Assembly: GCA_029552065.1 (NCBI GenBank)
Contig: JAKPEG010000068.1
Span: 3,033 to 67,032 of the forward strand
Length of the DNA: 64,000 nucleotides
Reading direction: 5' to 3'
Source of the DNA: Actinomycetes bacterium
GTDB taxonomy: Bacteria; Actinomycetota; Actinomycetes; Actinomycetales; Dermatophilaceae
A program made the position numbers and the translations under genes. This document shows positions 28,497 to 36,375 of the stretch, piece after piece. The notes below the pieces were generated by a model that was not told the origin of the DNA, searched no databases, and was given only the letters and a program-made list of their open reading frames with translations. Every line of letters starts with the position of its first letter. The first letter of the stretch is position 1.

Positions 28497-29180
28497 GTGA
28501 CCGATCGCGTGGAGTACCTCGGCGAGGGACTGGCCGAGTCGGATCTGGCGGCGACCCCGTTCGCCCAGCTGAGCAGGTGGGTGCAGGAGGCCCACGCCGA
28601 AGGTGCGCGAGGCGCCGAGTCGCCCGAAGGGCTGGCCCTCTCGTTCGCGACGGTCGACGCCGACGGGGCCCCCGACGTGCGCACAGTGCTCATGCGCTTT
28701 CTCGATCCCCGCGGACCGGGCTTCGTCACCGACGGCGGGTCGGCCAAGGCCCGTCAGCTCGCGGCGGACCCGCGTTGCGCCGCCTCCCTGGGCTGGCCCG
28801 AGCTCTTCCGGGTCGTGCGTTTCCGGGGCGTGGCGCAGCCGATCGAGCCGGAGCTGCTCGCGGCCTACTTCGCGCAGCGACCGTGGGGCTCGCGGATCGC
28901 GGCTTGGGCCTCGCACCAGTCCGATCCGATCGGCAGTCGGGCCGTGCTCATGGCCGAGTTCGACCGGTATGCCGCTCGCTTCCCCGACCACGGGTCGCCC
29001 GACGACGTGCCGGTGCCGCCGACCTGGGCGGGCTTCCGGGTGGCGCCGTGGGAGGTGGAGTTCTGGGCCGGCCGCAGCAGCCGGCTGCACGACCGGGTCG
29101 TCTTCACTGCGGCCGGTGCGGGGCACCCGTCGCTGCTCGATGACCCGGGGGCCTGGAGGGTGAGCCGCCGCCAGCCGTGA
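28497..29180 (+). CDS. pdxH: pyridoxamine 5'-phosphate oxidase
   Basis: 227 aa, GTG start. It shows LATVDADGAPDVRTVLMRF..., GSRIAAWASHQS and FWAGRSSRLHDRVVF, which are typical PdxH signatures. Confidence 0.9.
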   Translation: MTDRVEYLGEGLAESDLAATPFAQLSRWVQEAHAEGARGAESPEGLALSFATVDADGAPDVRTVLMRFLDPRGPGFVTDGGSAKARQLAADPRCAASLGWPELFRVVRFRGVAQPIEPELLAAYFAQRPWGSRIAAWASHQSDPIGSRAVLMAEFDRYAARFPDHGSPDDVPVPPTWAGFRVAPWEVEFWAGRSSRLHDRVVFTAAGAGHPSLLDDPGAWRVSRRQP

Positions 29181-29204
29181 CCTGGGACCAGCCGTGACAT
29201 GGGA
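29171..29204 (+). repeat. 17-nt tandem duplication spanning the pdxH stop codon
   Basis: CCAGCCGTGACCTGGGA (29171-29187) is followed directly by CCAGCCGTGACATGGGA (29188-29204), with one mismatch. The first copy contains the pdxH TGA (29178-29180). Confidence 0.85.
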
Positions 29205-29495
29205 ACGGCCCGTGGGGAGCCTCCGGTCGTTGCCGACGGCGCGCACGCTGGACGAGACGTGCCTGCCCACGGGCCGCAGCGACTGCGTGGAATTGCGATC
29301 GCGTGCGTCCCTGGTCTGACCCGCGACCGGAGCCCCGTGGGGCGCCGAAGGCGGTCAGGGGACGGCGCTACCGCGCAGCCACCTCACGTGTCCGATAGGA
29401 ACTCACTACCTGACCACCTCCTTTCTCGTGTGCCCCGACGGTATGTCGGTGGGACGGCTCCGGCAAGGGGTTTGCGCCGGTCCTAGGGTGGGCGG

Positions 29496-30716
29496 GTGAG
29501 CGACCCGACGGTGACGAGCCTGCGCTCGATCGCCGTGGCGGCATACGGGCCTACCGTCCTCGCCTCGACCGCGCTCGGGGTGGTGACCCCGATCCTCGCG
29601 CTCACCGCCCTCGAGCTCGGTGCGGGCGTCGCCGGCGCCGCGGTCGTCGTGGGTCTGCTCGGCATCGGCACCCTGGTCGGCGACCTGCCCGCGGGGGCGC
29701 TCGCGGGGCGGTTCGGGGAACGGACGCTGCTCATCGCGGCCGCGTGCGTCGAGGCGGTCGGCTTCGCGGCGTGTGCGCTCGCCCGGTCGATCGTGGCCCT
29801 GGGCGCCGCCGTGCTGCTCGTCGGACTCGCGGGCTCGGTGTTCGGCCTCGCCCGGCACGCCTACCTCAGCGAGGCCGTCCCCCTCGGGCTGCGGGCTCGT
29901 GCGCTGTCGACGCTCGGCGGGATGCACCGGGTGGGCCTGCTCGTCGGGCCCTTCCTCGGGGCCGCCGCTGTCACCGCGTGGGGACACCCGGGGGCGTATG
30001 CCGTCGCCGCGTGCGCCTCGCTCGCCGCCGCGGGTCTCGTCGCTGTGGCCCGTGACCTCGCCGCCCACGCACGCGACCGCCTGGCCGAGGCGCCCCCCGC
30101 CCCGCCTGTGTGGCGGGTCCTCGCGGACCGGCGCCGGGTGCTCGCCACTCTCGGGGTGGGCATCCTCGGGGTGCAGGCGGCGCGGGCGGCCCGGATGGCC
30201 ATCGTCCCGCTCTGGGCCGAGGCCATCGGGCTGGATGCCGCCGCGACGAGCCTCGTCTTCGGCATCTCCGGGGTCGTCGACCTGGCCCTCTTCTATCCCG
30301 CGGGGTGGGTGATGGATCGCTTCGGGCGCGCACATGTCGCCGTCCCCTCGATGGCCGTGCTCGGCCTGGGACTGCTCGTCGTGCCCTTCGCCGGGTCCTT
30401 CTGGGGGCTCGTCGCGGTGGCGACCGTCCTCGCCGTCGGCAATGGGGTGGGGTCGGGTCTGTTGCTCACCCTCGGCGCCGACGCCGCGCCCGAGGTCGGC
30501 CGGGCCCAGTTCCTCTCCGGCTGGCGGCTGCTCGGCGACGTCGGCGTCTCGACCGGCCCGTTGCTGATCAGCGCGGTGACCGCTATCGCCACCCTCGGTG
30601 CCGCGGCCGTCGTCTGCGGACTGCTCGCCCTCGCCGGGGCGGGGTGGCTCGCGGTGTGGGTGCCGCGCTACGACCCGCTCAGGGGTGCTCGGGCACCGGC
30701 GCAGCCAACCGGGTGA
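29496..30716 (+). CDS. MFS transporter
   Basis: 406 aa, GTG start, about 12 hydrophobic segments, with a GRFGERTLL-type loop motif. Its 3' end overlaps the convergent GNAT gene by 38 nt. Confidence 0.84.
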   Translation: MSDPTVTSLRSIAVAAYGPTVLASTALGVVTPILALTALELGAGVAGAAVVVGLLGIGTLVGDLPAGALAGRFGERTLLIAAACVEAVGFAACALARSIVALGAAVLLVGLAGSVFGLARHAYLSEAVPLGLRARALSTLGGMHRVGLLVGPFLGAAAVTAWGHPGAYAVAACASLAAAGLVAVARDLAAHARDRLAEAPPAPPVWRVLADRRRVLATLGVGILGVQAARAARMAIVPLWAEAIGLDAAATSLVFGISGVVDLALFYPAGWVMDRFGRAHVAVPSMAVLGLGLLVVPFAGSFWGLVAVATVLAVGNGVGSGLLLTLGADAAPEVGRAQFLSGWRLLGDVGVSTGPLLISAVTAIATLGAAAVVCGLLALAGAGWLAVWVPRYDPLRGARAPAQPTG

Positions 30717-31215
30717 GTGCGCCGCCGGTGACTCGCCAGACCGTCCACTCGTCCTGGGGAACGGCGCCGAGGGAGCGGTAGAAGCCGTGGGCGGGGGTGT
30801 TCCAGTCGAGCACCCACCATTCGAACCGGGGATAGCCGCGCTCCTCGGCGACCCGTGCGAGTTCCTCGAGCAGCAGCCGCCCCAGGCGCAGGCCTCGGTG
30901 TTCCGGTTCGACGAACAGGTCCTCCAACCAGATCCCGTGGCGCACCTTCCAGGTGGAGAAGGTGACGTACCAGATGGCGATGCCCGCGATCCGCCAGCCC
31001 ACGCCGGTATCGACCTCGGCAACATGGCAGAAGACCTGGGGCTGCGGCCGGAAAAGGTGCTCGCGCAGCTCCTCGGCGGTGCCTTCGACGGCATCCGGCT
31101 CCCGCTCGTAGACGGCGAGTCCGACGACGAGCGCATGCACGGCCTCGGCGTCCGCGGGGACGGCGGGGCGCACCCGCACGGAGGGAACGGAGGGCACGGA
31201 GGGCAGGGAGGGCAC
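30679..31215 (-). CDS. GNAT family N-acetyltransferase
   Basis: 178 aa. GTG at 31215 with AAGGAG 4 nt upstream. The acetyl-CoA-binding region is FVEPEHRGLRLGRLLLEELAR. An alternative internal GTG lies at 31179. Confidence 0.84.
   Translation of the reverse strand: MPSLPSVPSVPSVRVRPAVPADAEAVHALVVGLAVYEREPDAVEGTAEELREHLFRPQPQVFCHVAEVDTGVGWRIAGIAIWYVTFSTWKVRHGIWLEDLFVEPEHRGLRLGRLLLEELARVAEERGYPRFEWWVLDWNTPAHGFYRSLGAVPQDEWTVWRVTGGALTRLAAPVPEHP
31177..31215 (-). repeat. four copies of a 9-nt repeat (CCCTCCGTG and variants) at the 5' end of the GNAT gene
   Basis: It encodes (M)PSLPSVPSVPSV. The plus strand reads cacggagggaacggagggcacggagggcagggagggcac. Confidence 0.8.
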
Positions 31216-31290
31216 GGGGCTCCTTGTCCGGGTCGGTCGGCTCGGCCGGAACGCAGACTGCGAACCGCGCGAGATGAGAGGCTAGCCCCC

Positions 31291-32016
31291 GTGACCGAGA
31301 TGATCGACACGACGGAGATGTACCTCCGCACGATCCTCGAACTCGAGGAGGAGGGGATCGTCCCCCTGCGCGCCCGGATCGCCGAGCGCCTCGGTCACTC
31401 GGGGCCGACGGTTTCCCAGACCGTCGGACGGATGGAGCGCGACGGCCTGCTCGCCGTCGTCGGCGACCGCCACCTCGAACTGTCCGAGCGCGGCCGACTG
31501 GCCGCCACCCGGGTGATGCGCAAGCACCGCCTCGCCGAGCGATTGCTCGTCGACGTCATCGGCCTGGACTGGGATCTCGCTCACGACGAGGCCTGCCGGT
31601 GGGAGCACGTGATCTCCGACGAGGTCGAGCGCCGGATCCTCGCCCTGCTCGGGCAGGACGCGGCCGACGCCCCGGAATCGCCCTACGGCAATCCCATCCC
31701 CGGCCTCGACGAGCTCGTCGGGGGGGACCGCGACACGCCCGACTTCCTCGAGGGTGTCGTGGCTCTCGCCGAGATCGTCGAAGGCACCGACGCGGTGGGC
31801 TTGCTCGTACGCACGCGCCGGATCGGCGAGCCCGTGCAGGCCGAGCACGCGGCGCTCTCGCTCCTCACGGTCGCCGGGCTCGTCCCAGGCCAGATCTCGC
31901 GAGTCTGGTTGCAGGAGGAGCAGATCCGAGCCCGGCGCGAAGATGGTGGCGGGGCCGAGCCGGTGGTCCTGCCCCGTTCGGTGGCAAACCACGTCTTCGT
32001 GGTCCCGGGTCGCTGA
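31291..32016 (+). CDS. ideR: iron-dependent DtxR-family repressor IdeR
   Basis: It reads VTEMIDTTEMYLRTILELEEEGIVPLRARIAERLGHSGPTVSQTVGRMERDGLL...RKHRLAERLLVDVIGL...EACRWEHV, near-colinear with IdeR as I recall it. Met10 and the Cys-x2-Glu-His metal ligands of the iron type are retained, and there is a C-terminal SH3-like domain. An alternative ATG start lies at 31300. Confidence 0.87.
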   Translation: MTEMIDTTEMYLRTILELEEEGIVPLRARIAERLGHSGPTVSQTVGRMERDGLLAVVGDRHLELSERGRLAATRVMRKHRLAERLLVDVIGLDWDLAHDEACRWEHVISDEVERRILALLGQDAADAPESPYGNPIPGLDELVGGDRDTPDFLEGVVALAEIVEGTDAVGLLVRTRRIGEPVQAEHAALSLLTVAGLVPGQISRVWLQEEQIRARREDGGGAEPVVLPRSVANHVFVVPGR

Positions 32017-32043
32017 CCGGCTCTCGCGCAGCGATCTGCGCGG

Positions 32044-32067
32044 GTATGCCGCGGGCGCACGGCATAC
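32044..32067 (+). terminator. hairpin made of two inverted copies of the GTATGCCG octamer downstream of ideR
   Basis: GTATGCCG (32044-32051), loop cgggcgca, CGGCATAC (32060-32067). It sits 28 nt after the ideR stop. No U-tract. Confidence 0.4.
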
Positions 32068-32169
32068 GTCGTCGTCACCATTCCTTGGTGATTCCGTGAC
32101 CTCAGCGTGACATTGCCGGGCCCGTCGGCTAGGGTGAAGGCGCCTGTCCGGACCACGGACGGGTCCGGG

Positions 32170-32345
32170 ACGGACGCCGAGTCCTGTCACCGCCCCGGCA
32201 CGCCACACACACGCATGACAGGAGCGGGGGAACCACATCCGGGCGTCACGCACGTCCTTGGGGTGAAGTCCTCCGGCCGGTTACACCGGCCGCGGACCGG
32301 GTGAGCACTCCCACCCGAACCCGACAGCTCACCTCGTAGGCGGCT
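32170..32345 (+). promoter_or_regulatory. cyclic-di-AMP riboswitch (ydaO/yuaA class) in the leader of the NlpC/P60 gene
   Basis: It contains the hallmark blocks ACGCCGAGUCC..., GGAGCGGGGGAACCA, GGGGUGAA and CCCACCCGAACCCGACAGCUCACCUCGUAGGCG (compare B. subtilis ydaO ...ACCCGAAUCCGUCAGCUAACCUCGUAAGCG). Stem CCTGTCA/TGACAGG is present. CCTCCGG (32270-32276) can pair with the SD region CCGGAGG (32346-32352). Confidence 0.88.
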
Positions 32346-32360
32346 CCGGAGGCCAATACC

Positions 32361-33074
32361 GTGGCACAGCATGTCGGGCGCCATCGCGCACCGGGCTATT
32401 CGCCCCTCACCGAGATCTCCCAGATCACCGTCGACCTCGCCAAGCCGGCCGCACGCACGACCGCGGTCGTCGCCGTGAGCGGTGCCCTCGTCGCAAGCAT
32501 GACCGCGCCCGCGCAGGCCATGACCGTGCCCGCGTGGGTCGACGGCGTCTCCGCCGAGCCGGCTGCCGTGTTCGGGCCGAGCGTGTCCGCGCCGACCGAC
32601 GCGGCGCCCGCGTCGTCCTTCGGCGCCCTCGGTTTCACCACCAAGGTCGTCCCGGTGACGACCTCTCGGTCCACCACCCGTGCTGCGGCGCCGGCGGCCG
32701 CGCCGGCGACCGCCGCGGCCATCAACCCGGTTGCCGGTGGCTCGGTCATCGCGACCGCGCGGAGCATGCTCGGCATTCCCTACCGCTACGGCGGGGCCTC
32801 GGTGTCCGGTGCCGACTGCTCGGGCTTCACGATGCTCGTCTACCGGATCGCCCTGGGGATGTCGCTTCCGCATTCGGCCTCGGCCCAGCAGGCGATGTCC
32901 AAGCGGGTCTCCAACCCGGCACCCGGTGACCTCGTCTTCTTCGGCTCCCCGGCCTACCACGTCGGCATCTACGCCGGCAACGGCATGATGATCGACTCGG
33001 CGCGCACCGGCACGTTCACCTCGGTCCGCAAGATCTGGACGACCAACGGTGTGTCCTACGGTCGTCTCGCCTGA
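32361..33074 (+). CDS. NlpC/P60 family peptidoglycan endopeptidase (secreted)
   Basis: 237 aa, GTG start after GGAGG. It has an N-terminal signal/anchor and a C-terminal catalytic domain: GIPYRYGGASVSGADCSGFTMLVY...GDLVFFGSPAYHVGIYAGNGMMIDSA. Confidence 0.9.
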   Translation: MAQHVGRHRAPGYSPLTEISQITVDLAKPAARTTAVVAVSGALVASMTAPAQAMTVPAWVDGVSAEPAAVFGPSVSAPTDAAPASSFGALGFTTKVVPVTTSRSTTRAAAPAAAPATAAAINPVAGGSVIATARSMLGIPYRYGGASVSGADCSGFTMLVYRIALGMSLPHSASAQQAMSKRVSNPAPGDLVFFGSPAYHVGIYAGNGMMIDSARTGTFTSVRKIWTTNGVSYGRLA

Positions 33075-33091
33075 CCGATAGCGTCGGGCGG

Positions 33092-33766
33092 ATGGCCGAC
33101 GACGAACTGCCCACCCTCGATGTCGAGGTGTGGGCAGACGTCGTCTGTCCCTGGTGTTACGTCGCCGAGGGCAGGTTGCGTGCCGCCGTGGCGGCATACC
33201 GGGCTGAGCACGACTCGCTCCCGGTGACCGTCCGACACCGGGCCTTCGAGTTCGATCCGGACTTGCCCCGGGACCGGCAGGTGCCGTTCCTCGCGTGGCT
33301 GAGGGAACAGTACGGCGTGAGTGAGGCCGACGGACGCTGGATGATCCGACGGGTGAGCGAGGCCGCGGCCCAGGACGGGCTTGCGCTGCGACTCGAGGAG
33401 GCCACGGCCTCCTCGACCTTCGACGCGCATCGGTTGATCGCGGCGGCAGGTGTCCAGGGAGGGGAGCCGCTCGCGAGCGCGCTTGTGCGCCGGCTCTACG
33501 CCGCGCACTGCGAGGATGGTCTCGTGGTGGCCGACCACGCGGTGCTCGAGCGGATGGCCGTCGAGGTGGGTCTGCCCGGACACGTGGCCGCCGAGGTGCT
33601 GCGCTCGAGCGGGTTCGCGACCCAGGTGCGCGACGACGAGGAGCGGGCCGCCAGGTGGGCGATGTCCGGGGTGCCTTTCGTCGTGGCGGGCGGGCGGGTG
33701 AGCGTCACCGGTGCCCAGCCGGTGGAGGTCTACCGACGAATGCTCGAACAGGCGTCGGCCGGCTGA
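33092..33766 (+). CDS. DsbA-family (FrnE-like) thiol oxidoreductase
   Basis: 224 aa with the CPWC active site in VEVWADVVCPWCYV and a C-terminal GVPFVV motif. Confidence 0.85.
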   Translation: MADDELPTLDVEVWADVVCPWCYVAEGRLRAAVAAYRAEHDSLPVTVRHRAFEFDPDLPRDRQVPFLAWLREQYGVSEADGRWMIRRVSEAAAQDGLALRLEEATASSTFDAHRLIAAAGVQGGEPLASALVRRLYAAHCEDGLVVADHAVLERMAVEVGLPGHVAAEVLRSSGFATQVRDDEERAARWAMSGVPFVVAGGRVSVTGAQPVEVYRRMLEQASAG

Positions 33767-33791
33767 CGGGACCGGCCAGCGCGGCGGCTGC

Positions 33792-34070
33792 TCAGGCGGC
33801 CAGGAGACTGTTGCCGCGAGCGAGGCGGGCGAGCTTGTCGTGCAGGATGCGACGGATCATCTCGGCCTCGGGGGACTCGCTGCGGTCGGCCGCAGCGAGC
33901 AGGTCTTCGATCTCCGAACGGGTGTGGTAGGCGTCGAGCTCCCGCAGGAGCCGGGCGTGCGCCTGGCGCGCCGCGCGCCGGACGCGCAGCTCGTCGCGGA
34001 GGCTGCCCCACAGGCCGGCGAGGCCCGAGGTGGCACCGGTGGTCGTCGGGGTGTCCTTCGTGGTGTTCAT
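33792..34070 (-). CDS. hypothetical protein
   Basis: 92 aa from ATG 34070 (MNTTKDTPTTTGATSGLAGLWGSLRDELRVRRAARQAHARLLRELD...), with alternative ATG 34079. High GC3. No family recognised. Confidence 0.45.
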   Translation of the reverse strand: MNTTKDTPTTTGATSGLAGLWGSLRDELRVRRAARQAHARLLRELDAYHTRSEIEDLLAAADRSESPEAEMIRRILHDKLARLARGNSLLAA

Positions 34071-34106
34071 GTCATCCATCCTGGCCGCCACCCATTCATG
34101 CGTCCA

Positions 34107-34137
34107 ATACCGAAATGGCTGACTATCCATGCGGTAT
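34107..34137. promoter_or_regulatory. inverted repeat ATACCG-N19-CGGTAT (inner ATGG/CCAT) in the divergent region upstream of the LysR gene
   Basis: ATACCGAAATGGCTGACTATCCATGCGGTAT, ending 12 nt upstream of GTG 34149. It is AT-rich relative to its surroundings and plausible as a LysR-type binding site. Confidence 0.4.
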
Positions 34138-34148
34138 CGTCATGATTT

Positions 34149-35042
34149 GTGGACACCGAGGGGCTGCGCTGGTTCCAGCAGGTGGCCGACGGCGCGACCG
34201 TCACGGAGGTGGCCGAGCTGTCCATGGTGAGCCAGCCCAAGGTCTCCCGTGGCCTGGCGGCGCTGCAGGCCGAGGTCGGGACGCCCCTGCTGGCGAGGTC
34301 GGGCAGGCTGTTGCGGCTCACCCACGCCGGCGCGATCTTCAAACGGCACGTCGACGGGATCGTCCACGGGATAGACGACGCGCTCGCCGACGTCGACCAA
34401 CTCGTCGACCCCGAGCGGGGCACGGTGACCCTCGGCTATGACGCCACCCTGGGCACGTGGCTGGTCCCCTCGCTTGTGGGGACCTTCCGGGAGCGGCATC
34501 CACGGGTCCGGTTCGCCCTCGTCGGCGTCGACGACGAGGGCGACGTCTTCGCCGACGGGCGGGTCGACCTCGTCGTCGCCGCGCGCCCGGGGTATGCCGC
34601 CGGGGGTCCCCAGGTCCACTGGCGTCGGCTCTTTCACGAGGCGCTCTTCCTCGCCGTCCCGCCCGGACATCGGCTCGAGGACATCGACACCGTGTCGGTC
34701 GCGGATCTCGTGCATGACCAGTGGGTGGCGCTGCCGGCTAAGGCGGGCCTGCGGCATACCGTCGAGGAGCTCTGTGCGGCAGCCGGCTTCGAGCCGCGGA
34801 TCGCGTTCGAGGCCGACGACCTCGCAACCGTGCGCGGCTTCGTCGGTGCGGGTCTGGGGGTGGCCCTTGTCCCGGCCATGGGGGAGGACCCCATGCCCCG
34901 TTCGGCCGGGGTCGCGCGGCTGGTCGCCGTCGCCGACCCGGGCGCGCGCCGCGACATCGGCCTTGCGTGGTCGGCACAGCGGCGGCTGCTTCCCGCCGCC
35001 GAACTCTTCCGCCGGCACGTGCTCGCGACCGTGAGCCGTTGA
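34149..35042 (+). CDS. LysR family transcriptional regulator
   Basis: 297 aa with an N-terminal HTH (LRWFQQVADGATVTEVAELSMVSQPKVSRGLAALQAEVGTPLLARSGR) and a periplasmic-binding-like effector domain. Confidence 0.88.
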   Translation: MDTEGLRWFQQVADGATVTEVAELSMVSQPKVSRGLAALQAEVGTPLLARSGRLLRLTHAGAIFKRHVDGIVHGIDDALADVDQLVDPERGTVTLGYDATLGTWLVPSLVGTFRERHPRVRFALVGVDDEGDVFADGRVDLVVAARPGYAAGGPQVHWRRLFHEALFLAVPPGHRLEDIDTVSVADLVHDQWVALPAKAGLRHTVEELCAAAGFEPRIAFEADDLATVRGFVGAGLGVALVPAMGEDPMPRSAGVARLVAVADPGARRDIGLAWSAQRRLLPAAELFRRHVLATVSR

Positions 35043-35064
35043 TCCGCGCGGACGGTCTTCGGCT

Positions 35065-35853
35065 TCAGCCGACAGCGTTCGCGGCGGTGGGGCCGGCGCC
35101 GGCCGAGCGGACTTCGCGCACGACTTCGCCCAAGGCCTCGGGATCGTGCGCGAACCTGCCGAGGAACAGACCGTCTGCCCGTCCGGCGAGCCCGGCGAAG
35201 GTGCCGGGGCCCGCGGCACCGCCGTAGAGAACGCGGGTGGCGGGGGCAATCCGACGGATCCGCTCTCGCAGGGACGCGCACACGACGCCGGCGTAGTCGG
35301 CCGGAGCAGGGCAGGGCGCCCCGATAGCCCAGATCGGTTCATAGGCGAGCACGAGCGGGGCGCCCTGGGCCAGGGGGGGAACCGAGGCGACCATCTGCTC
35401 GACCTCGGCCGCGCATTCGTCTGCCGCCTCAGCGGCAGATCCGCGGTGCTCCTCGCCCACGCAATAGAGCGGGGTCATCCCCGCCTCGACCACCTGGTGG
35501 CTCTTGGCGACGATCGTGGCCAGGTCCTCGCCGAACAGCCGTCGTCGCTCGGCGTGCCCGACCTCGACATAGCTGCAGCCGAGCTCGGCGAGCACGGAGG
35601 CCGCCACCTCACCCGTCTGGGCGCCGTCCCCGCTCGCCGCGCAATCCTGCGCGCCCCAGTGAATCCCTGTGTCGCGCAACGCATATGCTGTGGACTCCAG
35701 GAGTGGGAAGCTCGGCAACACAGCCACCTCGACCGGGCCGCTGGCGGTGACCCGGTCGCGGACCTGGGCGACCCACGAGCGGGTGGTGGCGGCAGACAAG
35801 TACATCTTGAGACTCACCGCGACCAGTGGCCGTGCAGTGGAGGGAAAGCTCAC
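35065..35853 (-). CDS. triosephosphate isomerase family protein (paralogue; probable tetrose-phosphate isomerase)
   Basis: 262 aa, GTG start. TIM signatures are present (VAVSLKMY..., VEVGHAERR, LAYEPIWAIG, LYGGA). It is the last gene of the kinase-RpiB-TIM unit and is not in a glycolytic context. Confidence 0.82.
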   Translation of the reverse strand: MSFPSTARPLVAVSLKMYLSAATTRSWVAQVRDRVTASGPVEVAVLPSFPLLESTAYALRDTGIHWGAQDCAASGDGAQTGEVAASVLAELGCSYVEVGHAERRRLFGEDLATIVAKSHQVVEAGMTPLYCVGEEHRGSAAEAADECAAEVEQMVASVPPLAQGAPLVLAYEPIWAIGAPCPAPADYAGVVCASLRERIRRIAPATRVLYGGAAGPGTFAGLAGRADGLFLGRFAHDPEALGEVVREVRSAGAGPTAANAVG

Positions 35854-35862
35854 CGTCGGCGG

Positions 35863-36327
35863 TCAACAGTCGTAGGAACTGATCGCGTCGACCTTGGCGG
35901 CCGACGCGGAGGCCCGATCGAACTCGTAACCGAGCCACTCCTTGGCCAACCGACGGGCCAGCTCGATCCCCACGACGCGCTGACCCATGCACAGGACTTG
36001 GGCGTCGTTGCTGAGCACCGACCGTTCGACGGAATAGCTGTCGTGGGCGGTGACGGCTCGGACCCCGTGCACCTTGTTGGCGCTGATTGCGACACCGAGG
36101 CCGGTGCCGCAGATGAGCAGGGCTCGGTCGGATTCCCCGGCGGCGACCCGTCGCGCGGCCTCGACGGCGACATGCGGGTATGCCGTGTGTTCGTCGGCAC
36201 CGACGCCCACGTCGACGACCTCGCTCACCCGCGGGTCCTTCCGCAGGTCCGCAGCGATCCGTTCCTTGTACTCGTATCCGGCGTCGTCGCAACCGATGAC
36301 GATCCTCCACGTGCGGCCTTGCGACAT
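35863..36327 (-). CDS. RpiB/LacA/LacB family sugar-phosphate isomerase
   Basis: 154 aa with [17 protein letters not shown]...[30 protein letters not shown] upstream. Confidence 0.9.
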   Translation of the reverse strand: MSQGRTWRIVIGCDDAGYEYKERIAADLRKDPRVSEVVDVGVGADEHTAYPHVAVEAARRVAAGESDRALLICGTGLGVAISANKVHGVRAVTAHDSYSVERSVLSNDAQVLCMGQRVVGIELARRLAKEWLGYEFDRASASAAKVDAISSYDC

Positions 36328-36375
36328 GCTGATCTCTCCTTGGTGACTGCGGGTAGGTCGCGGTGTGGTGCCGGC

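Noticed and set aside
29187-29235. Partial resemblance to the 5' half of a ZTP (pfl) riboswitch (CGUGAC...GGGAAC...GGGGAGC).
   Set aside because: The blocks are short and out of register. No CCGCCUGGGC-type pseudoknot partner lies downstream, and the flanking genes (pdxH, MFS) are not purine or folate genes.
31279-31287. Possible IdeR iron box (AGGCTAGCC) just upstream of ideR.
   Set aside because: Only the central palindrome of the 19-bp TTAGGTTAGGCTAACCTAA-type box is present, and the flanks do not match. It is also too close to the start codon to judge.
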